Shown here in pieces: positions 10,621 through 19,596 of a DNA stretch of 64,000 bases. Source of the DNA: a bacterium (lineage in GTDB: Bacteria > Margulisbacteria > Marinamargulisbacteria > GCA-2716485 > JAYNIM01); assembly GCA_038109055.1 (NCBI GenBank), contig JAYNIM010000002.1, positions 111,759 through 175,758 on the forward strand, read 5' to 3'. The notes beneath the pieces are model-generated. The model did no database searches. It saw nothing but the letters and a program-made list of their open reading frames with translations, and was not told the origin of the DNA. A program made the position numbers and the translations under genes. How positions within the stretch are numbered: position 1 is the stretch's first letter; every line of letters starts with the position of its first letter.

Positions 10621-11391
10621 ATGGATCCAACAGTCATTTTTGGTATTATCAGTGGTACCGCTCTATTAATATACGCAATTGGACTAGAAAACGTGATGAC
10701 CATGTTTGTAGATACAAACTCCTTATTAATTGTATTAGGCGGTACATTAGCTGCGACATGTATTCATTTCCCTATGTCACAACTTTCCAAAACAGTTCCT
10801 TGGCTAATGATAACCTTTGCAATGAAAAGAAAAGGCAATAAACATGTTATAGACGAATTTATTGAAGTTGCGACACAATACAAACGCGAAGGCCGAGTTG
10901 GGATGGGGAAGAATATCGACAAAATAAAGGATGGGTTCTTAAGAGATTCCGTTCAATTAATTATAGATAATGTCACCAAAGAAGAAATGCAAGAAATTTT
11001 AGATGCCAACATCAGCTACATGAAACGCCGCCATCAATTAGGCATCGATTTTTTTATGATGGTAGCCACATATTGCCCCAGCTTTGGCTTAGTTGGAACA
11101 TTAATCGGATTAATTGTCATGCTAGCAAAACTAGACGATCCTTCAGCAATTGGCCCCGCAATGGCAGTCGCCTTAATCACCACATTCTACGGTGCCTTAT
11201 TCGCAAACTTTTTATTTATGCCCTTTGCTGGAAGATTAGAAATCTCAAACGAAGAGGAACTATTACAAAAAAACATGCTCAAAGAAGGATTGGTCTGTCT
11301 ACTTGAAGGTCAATCAATTTTCATTATCCGAGAAAAAATGTCCATGGTCCTCTCACAAAAAGATAGAAAAAAAATGAATAAAAAAACATAA
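10621..11391 (+). CDS. motA: Stator A subunit (MotA/PomA family), module 1
   Basis: SLLIVLGGTLAA, PSFGLVGTLIGL, DPSAIGPAMAVALITTFYG motifs. Confidence 0.95.
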   Translation: MDPTVIFGIISGTALLIYAIGLENVMTMFVDTNSLLIVLGGTLAATCIHFPMSQLSKTVPWLMITFAMKRKGNKHVIDEFIEVATQYKREGRVGMGKNIDKIKDGFLRDSVQLIIDNVTKEEMQEILDANISYMKRRHQLGIDFFMMVATYCPSFGLVGTLIGLIVMLAKLDDPSAIGPAMAVALITTFYGALFANFLFMPFAGRLEISNEEELLQKNMLKEGLVCLLEGQSIFIIREKMSMVLSQKDRKKMNKKT

Positions 11392-11392
11392 C

Positions 11393-12202
11393 ATGGCTGA
11401 AGGACCTAATTTTTTTGTATCTTGGAGTGATTTAGTAACATTACTATTAGTATTTTTTATCTATTTATTCTCAATTTCATCCATAGACGTCGTAAAATTT
11501 TTAGAAATAAAAAAAAGTATTTGGGGAAGGTACATGGAATACAAACCTGATCAACGCCGCATAAAAGAATCACAAAAAAACAGTGAATTTAAATTAAATG
11601 AACAAAGAAAACGTGCATTATCAGGACCAACAGAAAGATTCACCGTACTAAAGGACTGGAAAAAAACACGAGAGCACATCGAAACATCCACCAGTATACG
11701 AATTGAAACCTTGAAAAAAATAAAGGAACAACAAGAACAACTCATGCTACTAAAAAAAGACTTAGAGAATATGATTGAAAAACAAAAATTAAAATCTCTA
11801 TTTACAGTCGAATATTCTGATATGGAATTAACATTAAGCTTTGGAGACGCTCTATTCTTCAATACAGGTTCTGCATCCATAAAACAAACTGGCGAATCTA
11901 TCAATATCATACTCGCAAACTTATTTAAACGAAACAACAGCGATATCTTTATTGAAGGACATACCGACAATATCCCAATCTACAACAAAAAATACCCCTC
12001 TAACTGGGAACTTTCAAGCGCAAGAGCCTCAGCAGTAGTACGGTCATTAATAGATAAAGGAATAGACCCAGAACGTTTCGCTGCCATAGGCTTTGGCGAA
12101 TTTCAACCGATTGTATCGAACGACAATGAACTTAATCGATCCAAAAATCGTCGAGTAAAAATAATACTAAAACCAAAAAACATACTACCTGAAAAAAAAT
12201 GA
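11393..12202 (+). CDS. motB: Stator B subunit (MotB/PomB family), module 1
   Basis: TM segment WSDLVTLLLVFF with the conserved Asp; OmpA-like domain IEGHTDN, NWELSSARA, NRRV. Confidence 0.95.
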   Translation: MAEGPNFFVSWSDLVTLLLVFFIYLFSISSIDVVKFLEIKKSIWGRYMEYKPDQRRIKESQKNSEFKLNEQRKRALSGPTERFTVLKDWKKTREHIETSTSIRIETLKKIKEQQEQLMLLKKDLENMIEKQKLKSLFTVEYSDMELTLSFGDALFFNTGSASIKQTGESINIILANLFKRNNSDIFIEGHTDNIPIYNKKYPSNWELSSARASAVVRSLIDKGIDPERFAAIGFGEFQPIVSNDNELNRSKNRRVKIILKPKNILPEKK

Positions 12203-12260
12203 TTAAAACCAAATAATGATGGGAATAACAAAGAATACAAAGTAAATATCAAAAACAAAC

Positions 12261-13712
12261 ATGGAAATATTAGACGATAATAATAATATAAACAAAGAAC
12301 CAACCAACACCACGCCTAACAATAGTGGCGATAAAGAAACTATACCTCCTTCTCAAACAAACAAAATAGTCAAAGATCTTAGCATACAACAATCTAAATT
12401 AAAGAAAATAAAAAATCTTCTAAAAACTTGGAGCGCACATCAAAGAAAGAATATTATATGGGGATTTATTATCGTAAGTGCTCTTAGCGTACTCATAGTA
12501 AACATCCTTCAAGACAAAAAAATTACATTATCAAATTTGGAGAGGGCTGATGAAAGACTCTTAATACAGCGACAACGTCTATTAGAAACACAAATCAAAA
12601 ACGAAATGTCTCATAGCCTAGAAAAAATGTTCGGTCCAAACAATTTCCATGTTGGGGTTATTGCCTTCTTCAGTCTTGTAAATGAAAAAAACAAAGATAT
12701 CTCATACAACCCAAATATAGTCACTATTAACCATGAAATGTACGACAGCTCCCATGAAACAGCTCACCCAGGTCATGAAAAATTATTAGCAATAGCAAGT
12801 CAAAACAACAGACAAAAAATTGAAGAAAATACAATAAATGAACTTCCTGGCATATTTCAAAATATTAACAGATTACCTCAACAAAGTAACCTACCCCAAC
12901 GAATAAATACAACAGAACCTAACACAGAAAACACAAGCTTATTAGATCAAGCAACTGACATAGAACTACCTGGCTTTGAAAATATAAATTTCCAATCTCT
13001 AACAACCCCGTACACATCAGAAACAACCCAAGCCCCCCAATTAATGGAAGAAGGAATAGAAGAAACACATGACGAAAAACAATCCATTCATAAGTTATTC
13101 CAAAATCCAAAAAAAATAGTTAAAACAGAAAAAAAGAAAAATAAAATTATTATGAATCAGACTATATCTATCTCAGAACAACCAAAAGTAAAATTTGAAA
13201 ATTTATATATCTCAGTAGTCATCAATAAAACCATCACAGACAAATTTAACATAAAAGAAAAAGATTTAAGTCGATTTTTAGAAGTCATGGGAGGTATTAA
13301 TCAAACACGTGGAGATAGGTTTAATCTCTCAATTATTCCTTTCAGGGAACAAGTCATAGATATGAGAAGTGCAGGAATTAAAACAAGAAAATTTTTCAAT
13401 AACATTCCTATTTGGGTCTATATCCCTTTATTTGTAATGATCCCATTAGGAATTTTCTTAAAACCCCCCCTATTAAGTCTACTAAAAAATAAAAAGGCAA
13501 AAAAAGAAGAACAAGAAAAAGTAATCCTCTTAGAAAAACAACTTCAAGAAGAAAAACAAATACAAGAGGAAAAAGAATGGAATGAAAAAAGAACCGAAAT
13601 ATTAGAGATGGCACAAAAAAACCCCGAAACCATGGCAAATATTTTATTAGACTGGACTGAACAAGAACTTTCTAATAAAGAAGAAACCCCAGAAACTGAA
13701 AAAGGAGACTAA
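12261..13712 (+). CDS. FliF-like M-ring protein with RBM3/beta-collar region only
   Basis: TM1; LEKMFGPNNFHVGV; LYISVVIN; GGINQTRGDRFNLSIIPF; TM2; C-terminal AQKNPETMANILLDW FliG-binding helix. Confidence 0.8.
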   Translation: MEILDDNNNINKEPTNTTPNNSGDKETIPPSQTNKIVKDLSIQQSKLKKIKNLLKTWSAHQRKNIIWGFIIVSALSVLIVNILQDKKITLSNLERADERLLIQRQRLLETQIKNEMSHSLEKMFGPNNFHVGVIAFFSLVNEKNKDISYNPNIVTINHEMYDSSHETAHPGHEKLLAIASQNNRQKIEENTINELPGIFQNINRLPQQSNLPQRINTTEPNTENTSLLDQATDIELPGFENINFQSLTTPYTSETTQAPQLMEEGIEETHDEKQSIHKLFQNPKKIVKTEKKKNKIIMNQTISISEQPKVKFENLYISVVINKTITDKFNIKEKDLSRFLEVMGGINQTRGDRFNLSIIPFREQVIDMRSAGIKTRKFFNNIPIWVYIPLFVMIPLGIFLKPPLLSLLKNKKAKKEEQEKVILLEKQLQEEKQIQEEKEWNEKRTEILEMAQKNPETMANILLDWTEQELSNKEETPETEKGD

Positions 13713-13713
13713 A

Positions 13714-14805
13714 GTGGCAAAGAAAAAAGAAATAGTTAAAGAGAAAGAGCAAGAAACAGAAACACAAAGCCAACAATCAAGCTTAGAAAAAGTAGCCATG
13801 TTACTCCTCTATCTTGAAGCAATTTCGCCACAAACAACCAAAGCAATCTACGAACATATAGGAGAAGAAGTCTCCCAAAAAATATTAAACACTATCGCAA
13901 GTTTAGGGAACATAAATAAAACTAAACTAAAACCCATTATAAACGAAGCTCACAATATTTTAGTGGCACAAAACAATATTATTGGAGGACGAAACCTGTC
14001 AGGTAAAATAATTAAAACAATTTTTGGTGATCAAATAAAGGATAACGTAGAAGAAAATAAAAAAAGTAAAGGAAAAGCCTTCGCTTTTTTACAAGACTTT
14101 TCTAATGAAAAATTAATATTATTTTTCGAAGATAATTCCGAAGCAATGGCTGCATTTCTGTTTTCGTTACTATCACAAGACAAAGCCGCAAGTCTCATCC
14201 CATTATTAAAGCAAGAAAAAGCACAACGTATCATGGAAAAGGCCCTTCATTTAAAAATAAATAACATCCCTATTTTATATGAATTAGAAGAAGAATTAAA
14301 AAAAGAATTTTCAAAAACTGAAACAGGTATTCAATTAAAACCAAAAAAACAAATTCAACATTTAACCCAAGTGTTAGAAATGCTAGAAGAAAATCAACGC
14401 ACGGCAATTTTAGAAGAAATGAAAAAAACAAACAAAGAAATTGCAGAACAAATTGAACAAAACATTTTTACATTCCCAGATTTAATAAACTGCAGCGAAG
14501 AAGACATAGCGCAAATTGTAGCAGACATAAAAAATGTAAAAGCATTGGCCTTTGCCACCCATACCTGTGACGAAAAATTAAAAGAAAAATTACTAAATAA
14601 TATCTCTGCACGACAAAAAGAAATTTTAGATGACGAACTAAAAACAATGCCTGAAAACGTAAAAGAAAAAGATATTACAAGCTCACAAAAAGAAATTTTA
14701 AGCATCGCAAGAAAATTAGAAAAAGAAGAAAAAATAGAACCTTTAAGCAAAGGATCAGAAGGAAAAGATAGCAAAGAAAAAAAGGACAAAAGTAAAAAAG
14801 GATAA
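13714..14805 (+). CDS. fliG: FliG-like rotor protein
   Basis: LEKVAMLLLYL, IGGRNLS, IFTFPDL (MFxF), NISARQKEILDDE torque helix. Confidence 0.85.
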   Translation: MAKKKEIVKEKEQETETQSQQSSLEKVAMLLLYLEAISPQTTKAIYEHIGEEVSQKILNTIASLGNINKTKLKPIINEAHNILVAQNNIIGGRNLSGKIIKTIFGDQIKDNVEENKKSKGKAFAFLQDFSNEKLILFFEDNSEAMAAFLFSLLSQDKAASLIPLLKQEKAQRIMEKALHLKINNIPILYELEEELKKEFSKTETGIQLKPKKQIQHLTQVLEMLEENQRTAILEEMKKTNKEIAEQIEQNIFTFPDLINCSEEDIAQIVADIKNVKALAFATHTCDEKLKEKLLNNISARQKEILDDELKTMPENVKEKDITSSQKEILSIARKLEKEEKIEPLSKGSEGKDSKEKKDKSKKG

Positions 14806-14826
14806 AAAAATAAAAGGAACAGATCT

Positions 14827-15501
14827 ATGAAAGACACTAAAGAAGAACAATTAACTGCAACTGAAATATATCGGAATTTAGCATTATACACAGCTGACTT
14901 CATATCCATTAATTTTGCGATACCTTTTGATTTAACCAATATTGAAGAAAAAAAAGTAACCTATGAAGAATTTGTCAAACAAGCAGGTTCACTCAGCTAC
15001 ACTAGCCTATTTAATATTTGTGGCCTCCCTTTTTTAGGGTGCATCAATCAAAAAATAATAATCAATCTAAATAACATAATGCTAGGAACCCCAGAAGAAA
15101 TGAAAGAAAGCAAAAAAGAAAACGAAGACGAAGAAGAAAATCTATTAACAGTTGGCCAAAAATTTGTAGGTAAAACACTAAGTACCTGTATAACCAACAA
15201 CATGAAACAACACTATCCATGCAATTTTTTAAAGTCACAAGAAAAATTATCATTATTCAAAATATTTTTTAACAACGATAAAGTCTTAACATTTAACATG
15301 ACAGCAAAAATAAACGACGAAGATATGGGAACATTATCATTTTGCCACATAGAAAATTTTTTCGATTTACTCCCGAATAAATTAGAACAAGAACGGTCTA
15401 GAGAAACAAACACTGAATCCAATGAAAATACAAAAGATGAAGATGAAACAAATACTGAATCCAATATCAATATAAAAGATGAAGATGAAACAAAAAAATA
15501 A
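14827..15501 (+). CDS. FliM-like middle (CheC-like) domain protein
   Basis: VTYEEFV, IINLNNIMLG and LLTVGQK resemble the FliM middle domain; follows fliG. Confidence 0.6.
   Translation: MKDTKEEQLTATEIYRNLALYTADFISINFAIPFDLTNIEEKKVTYEEFVKQAGSLSYTSLFNICGLPFLGCINQKIIINLNNIMLGTPEEMKESKKENEDEEENLLTVGQKFVGKTLSTCITNNMKQHYPCNFLKSQEKLSLFKIFFNNDKVLTFNMTAKINDEDMGTLSFCHIENFFDLLPNKLEQERSRETNTESNENTKDEDETNTESNINIKDEDETKK
15403..15494 (+). repeat. 42-bp tandem duplication, about 2.2 copies
   Basis: Encodes ETNTESNENTKDED / ETNTESNINIKDED / ETK. Confidence 0.9.
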
Positions 15502-16510
15502 ATTCTATTTAATAATAGCACTACTAACTATACATATATATCTTGTCAGCCCCTTTAGCTGGGCCTCCTCAAATTCAACAAGTATGATTAGCCTACCTAA
15601 TTCAATCAACAAATACAACAGCCCTTTAGAATATGGGATGGGTCTAATTTTTGGCAATGAAAACGATAAAATCACCTACGAACCAGAATGCTTTGCTCGA
15701 ATAATCCTCTTAGAAAAAATAATTTTAAATACCAACATCAGTGATAATAATTTAAAACAAAGCATCCACATAAGCCTCCTATCATACAAAGATATCTCCA
15801 AACCATATACACACAATTTTGGGTTCGGCATCAACAACAGCGGTTGGTACCCTGAACTAGATAACCTTTATAACAGCGTTATAGGCGCATACATAAACTA
15901 CAACCTTGAATACGAATCAATGATTTTTCACCTAGGTCTAGCAAAAAATAAAAACACCCATCAAGAAAAAAACCTCCTCTTATTTGGGATCGAACATTTA
16001 ACAGAGTTTGGAAATGTCGTGCTTGAATGGGACGGAACTCGAGCAAATTTCGGATTCTCCGTAGATCTTATCAAAAACAAAGCCTATATTGGTATTACCC
16101 CCAATCAAAACAAAACCTCACTAAAAAACCAACTATTAACCATAGGATATTCCTGGAAATCTGACCATCTATTTGAAATAGACAAAAAATCTAACAAATA
16201 CAAATCGCAAAAACGAAACTCAAGAAAAAGTTTGAGCATAGGTGCTGCAAGTATTCAAAAAACATTAGAACGCATGGAACGTGGGATGGATCTATACACC
16301 AGAGGATACTACCCATTAGCAAAACTCGAATTAGAAAAAGTAATAGAAATATTTCCAACACCCACAGCTTACAGTCGTCTAGGCTCCATACATTACAAGC
16401 TTAAAGAGTATGACAAAGCATTAGAAAATTGGAATAAAGCATTACAATTAAACCCATCAGACAACAAAGTAAAAGAAATGATAGATTTTGTAAACAAACT
16501 AAAAAAATAA
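15479..16510 (+). CDS. Exported YjbH-like beta-strand protein with C-terminal TPRs
   Basis: Signal peptide; amphipathic strands, LEWDGTRANFG; TPR AYSRLGSIHYKLKEYDKALENWNKALQLNP. Confidence 0.6.
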   Translation: MKMKQKNKFYLIIALLTIHIYLVSPFSWASSNSTSMISLPNSINKYNSPLEYGMGLIFGNENDKITYEPECFARIILLEKIILNTNISDNNLKQSIHISLLSYKDISKPYTHNFGFGINNSGWYPELDNLYNSVIGAYINYNLEYESMIFHLGLAKNKNTHQEKNLLLFGIEHLTEFGNVVLEWDGTRANFGFSVDLIKNKAYIGITPNQNKTSLKNQLLTIGYSWKSDHLFEIDKKSNKYKSQKRNSRKSLSIGAASIQKTLERMERGMDLYTRGYYPLAKLELEKVIEIFPTPTAYSRLGSIHYKLKEYDKALENWNKALQLNPSDNKVKEMIDFVNKLKK

Positions 16511-16511
16511 A

Positions 16512-17732
16512 ATGAAAAAAATAATCGTCATCTGTTTGATCATATTACAAATAACCATTAACAAAGAACTATTAGCTGCAGCCTTTGGGCCAGCAAAGTC
16601 TCTAATCAATGTCCCTATCGCAGAATACTTCATACCCGGAGATCTAGAGTTCTCTACCAATGCTGGGTTTGGATCCATGCAAAATTTAGAATTCGATTTC
16701 AAGTTTCAATATAGCCTCACAAAAAAAATTAATATAGGGGCAACAATCATCAATTATCATCAAATGGTATTCAATGCACAAACAACCTTTGTAACATTAA
16801 GTGACCCCTTTCCTATCACAATTTCTGCCGGCATACTAAACTTATCGTCTAAACTAGATTTGAGTGATTGGGATAATGAAACAGCACAAAAAATACATAA
16901 TTTAGGTCACTTTATTGTATGCAGCTTACCTAAAAAAGCCTATACCTTACACATCGGCTTAGGCAAAAAAAAATATCGAACAGAATCAATCAACTCAACA
17001 CTAGAAGAAGCCTCAAGTGCATTTATAGGCACCTTATTTTTTGGAATAGAAAAATCAATCAAGAATGGATCATTAATGGCAGAATTCGATGGTAGTTATA
17101 TGAACGTTGGCTATAGAAAAAAGTTAACAAAAAAAACCACAGGAAGTGCAGCATTAACAGAGTTTGGAAATACTGGCAAAGATGCCCCTGTACGATTTCT
17201 ATCCTTCAATATCAAAACAGCTAAAAACATCTTTGAGGCTTACAAAGAAGAAGTAGAGTATGTACAGAAAAACCTAACAATCATCGAAGACATCTCATTA
17301 AACTTAAAAGAAACCGAAAAAAAACTAAAAAAAGAATTAATTAACACACAAAAAATTAAAGAAGCCTTATTAAAAAAAGTAAATGAAAATCCTTCAGAAA
17401 AAAAAATAAATAGAAAAGACCCTCTTCAAATGTACTCAAACAACTACATTCAAGCCTACAAACATTACGAAGACTCATTTAATAGTTTTAATCAACAAAA
17501 TTACTTAAGTGTTTTAGAATCACTGACTAAAGCAATACAAGCAGCCCCTGATGTTCCCATATTTTACAGACAGCGTGGCACAGTGTATTACATAATAAAA
17601 CAAGAAGAAAATGCTCTCCTTGACTGGACAACTGCCTATGAACTAAACCCCAGAGACCCAGAACTATTAAAGTTACCAAAATCAGTGTTAACTGAAATCA
17701 TTTCACGCGTAAAAACCTATCCACTAGAGTGA
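16512..17732 (+). CDS. Exported YjbH-like beta-barrel with coiled coil and TPRs
   Basis: Signal peptide; SLINVPIAE and AEFDGSYMNVGYR motifs; TPR FYRQRGTVYY...AYELNP. Confidence 0.6.
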   Translation: MKKIIVICLIILQITINKELLAAAFGPAKSLINVPIAEYFIPGDLEFSTNAGFGSMQNLEFDFKFQYSLTKKINIGATIINYHQMVFNAQTTFVTLSDPFPITISAGILNLSSKLDLSDWDNETAQKIHNLGHFIVCSLPKKAYTLHIGLGKKKYRTESINSTLEEASSAFIGTLFFGIEKSIKNGSLMAEFDGSYMNVGYRKKLTKKTTGSAALTEFGNTGKDAPVRFLSFNIKTAKNIFEAYKEEVEYVQKNLTIIEDISLNLKETEKKLKKELINTQKIKEALLKKVNENPSEKKINRKDPLQMYSNNYIQAYKHYEDSFNSFNQQNYLSVLESLTKAIQAAPDVPIFYRQRGTVYYIIKQEENALLDWTTAYELNPRDPELLKLPKSVLTEIISRVKTYPLE

Positions 17733-19571
17733 CAAACACGACGTATGCGGCGTCAAAAACGAATATTTAGAAACAAACTCCTGTAAATGACACCGTAAGT
17801 TATCTAAATCACGTTTCATAAACTGTTGATACTTCTTTCCCTCTTGAATAAAGTTTGGTATCAATTTCATATAATAATCAATTCCATCAAATAAATTTGC
17901 CTGAAAAGAATCTAAATACGAAATATCTGGCGTCTGATCCGACAACACTCGCGTAACTTCACGTTGAAAATAATGAATATACAATTTTAATTCATTTATA
18001 AACAAGTTAGAACGATACTGTTGATTTCGTAAATTAAGCCGGCCATAAATATGCCCTACCATTTCTGAAAAAGTAGAAAGTTTAGAAAAATATGCCAAGT
18101 TAGGTCCTGGACAAACCGCCGTTTTCAAAGGTCTCTTAAAATCAATATTCTTTACCAACTGAAAAGAAGATGCCAAATCTTCGCATAAACACACTTTTTC
18201 AACAACCTTCTTAATCGCAACTTGCAATTTATCAGCATCAAAAATTCTAGCCTTTAAGGCTTTAATTTTATTCATTTGATAAAAGCGTGATGCTTTACAA
18301 ACAGGCTTAGGGTTTTCCTGTGATTCAGTCCCTTCAAAGGTCGATACCAAATATCCTTTCGGACAAGGACTACCAGGCTTCCCGGAATCAATACGCTGCA
18401 ACTTTTGTTTTTCTGACTCGGTTCCTTTAACGGTATTAAAAGGAACGCCTAAAGGAGAAATCTCACTTAAATAACAATCCTCTTCTCCCGCCTTAGCTAA
18501 CAACCTTCTGGTACTAGAATCAAGATTTGTCACTTCCTCAACCAGCAAAAAAGGAGTGCCCCATCCATTTCTGGTCGTTTTATAATATTCCAATAAAAAC
18601 TGATGTTCACAATGAGTTCCAATCCCTCCTTGAACAGTAAAATCTATAGAAGGACATTCTTTAAGCAAAACTTTACCCATATGCTTTATACGTTCAGAAT
18701 AAATAGCATAAAGATCCTTAGCTAAAGTACCTAACTTAGTTTTAAATTCTTCTAAAATAGGCCCTAATAAATATCCAGCAGTAGCAAAGGCATGCCCCCC
18801 ACAATTTAAACCAGATTCAACACGATACTCCGATACCCACAGACCTTTCTTAGCCAAAAATTTACCCTGTGTGTATGCTGATCGATAATCAGACACCTTA
18901 ATCACAATTTTTTTCTTTAGCAACCCAAATCGATCAAAAAAGAAATCAGAAAACTCATTAATATAAGCATACAATCGGCGATTAAAACCAGCTGAAAAAA
19001 CAATATTTCCTTCTACATTACTTTGAGCAAACCCACGCAAAGCTGCTAATGCATCCGAATAAATAACCTCCATTTTATGCCCTTTTTTATCATAGGCATC
19101 TCGATCCAATTTTGTCATAATATTAACTTCTATCAAACCCGGTTTAATCTCAGCTTTTAAATCACGCTGCATAAGCTTTTTTTCATCTGCTACGTTACAT
19201 TCTTGCATTGTACGATAGCGTTGTTTTAAGGAGGAATCCTGTGGTAATAATTCAAAATATTTAGATAAATCATTAAGCTCACCGAAGGGTAATGCTTTAA
19301 TTTCGTCAATTTGCTGTTTCAACAACACATTCACTAAATCCAAATATGCCGTAATTCTCTTCGCACGATAATCATCCGAATATTTTTCGATCGGACGATA
19401 AGTCAATTTATATTTTTCAGAATAAAAAGCTCGAACTTGCTCACAAAGCTCGTCATCACACAGTGATATAACAGAAGTCACCCCAAATTTACCCACTTTT
19501 AAAGGGGTATCAATACTAAAAGCTGTTCCCATGACAGGAATATGAAAACTATGTTCGTTCAAACAGCTCAT
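17724..19571 (-). CDS. Conserved hypothetical protein, possible FMN-dependent TIM-barrel oxidoreductase
   Basis: 615-aa ORF; HSFHIPVMG, ESGLNCGGHAF, VQGGIGT, WGTPFL, CLCE, VCPGPN motifs. Confidence 0.55.
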   Translation of the reverse strand: MSCLNEHSFHIPVMGTAFSIDTPLKVGKFGVTSVISLCDDELCEQVRAFYSEKYKLTYRPIEKYSDDYRAKRITAYLDLVNVLLKQQIDEIKALPFGELNDLSKYFELLPQDSSLKQRYRTMQECNVADEKKLMQRDLKAEIKPGLIEVNIMTKLDRDAYDKKGHKMEVIYSDALAALRGFAQSNVEGNIVFSAGFNRRLYAYINEFSDFFFDRFGLLKKKIVIKVSDYRSAYTQGKFLAKKGLWVSEYRVESGLNCGGHAFATAGYLLGPILEEFKTKLGTLAKDLYAIYSERIKHMGKVLLKECPSIDFTVQGGIGTHCEHQFLLEYYKTTRNGWGTPFLLVEEVTNLDSSTRRLLAKAGEEDCYLSEISPLGVPFNTVKGTESEKQKLQRIDSGKPGSPCPKGYLVSTFEGTESQENPKPVCKASRFYQMNKIKALKARIFDADKLQVAIKKVVEKVCLCEDLASSFQLVKNIDFKRPLKTAVCPGPNLAYFSKLSTFSEMVGHIYGRLNLRNQQYRSNLFINELKLYIHYFQREVTRVLSDQTPDISYLDSFQANLFDGIDYYMKLIPNFIQEGKKYQQFMKRDLDNLRCHLQEFVSKYSFLTPHTSCLSL

Positions 19572-19596
19572 ATACGAATCCTATGACAATAAAAAC

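Noticed and set aside
10621..12202. MotAB pairs as Zorya (ZorAB) anti-phage systems
   Set aside because: Both A subunits are about 255 aa with no long cytoplasmic tail, no ZorC/D/E-like genes are adjacent, and the neighbours are FliF/FliG-like.
7155..15494. Short tandem repeats as CRISPR arrays
   Set aside because: They are in-frame coding repeats without unique spacers, and there are no cas genes in the window.
12261..15501. Injectisome (SctJ/SctQ) or a decaying flagellar operon
   Set aside because: No export apparatus or ATPase is present. The ORFs are intact and tightly coupled, and whole domains are cleanly missing rather than disrupted by stops or frameshifts.
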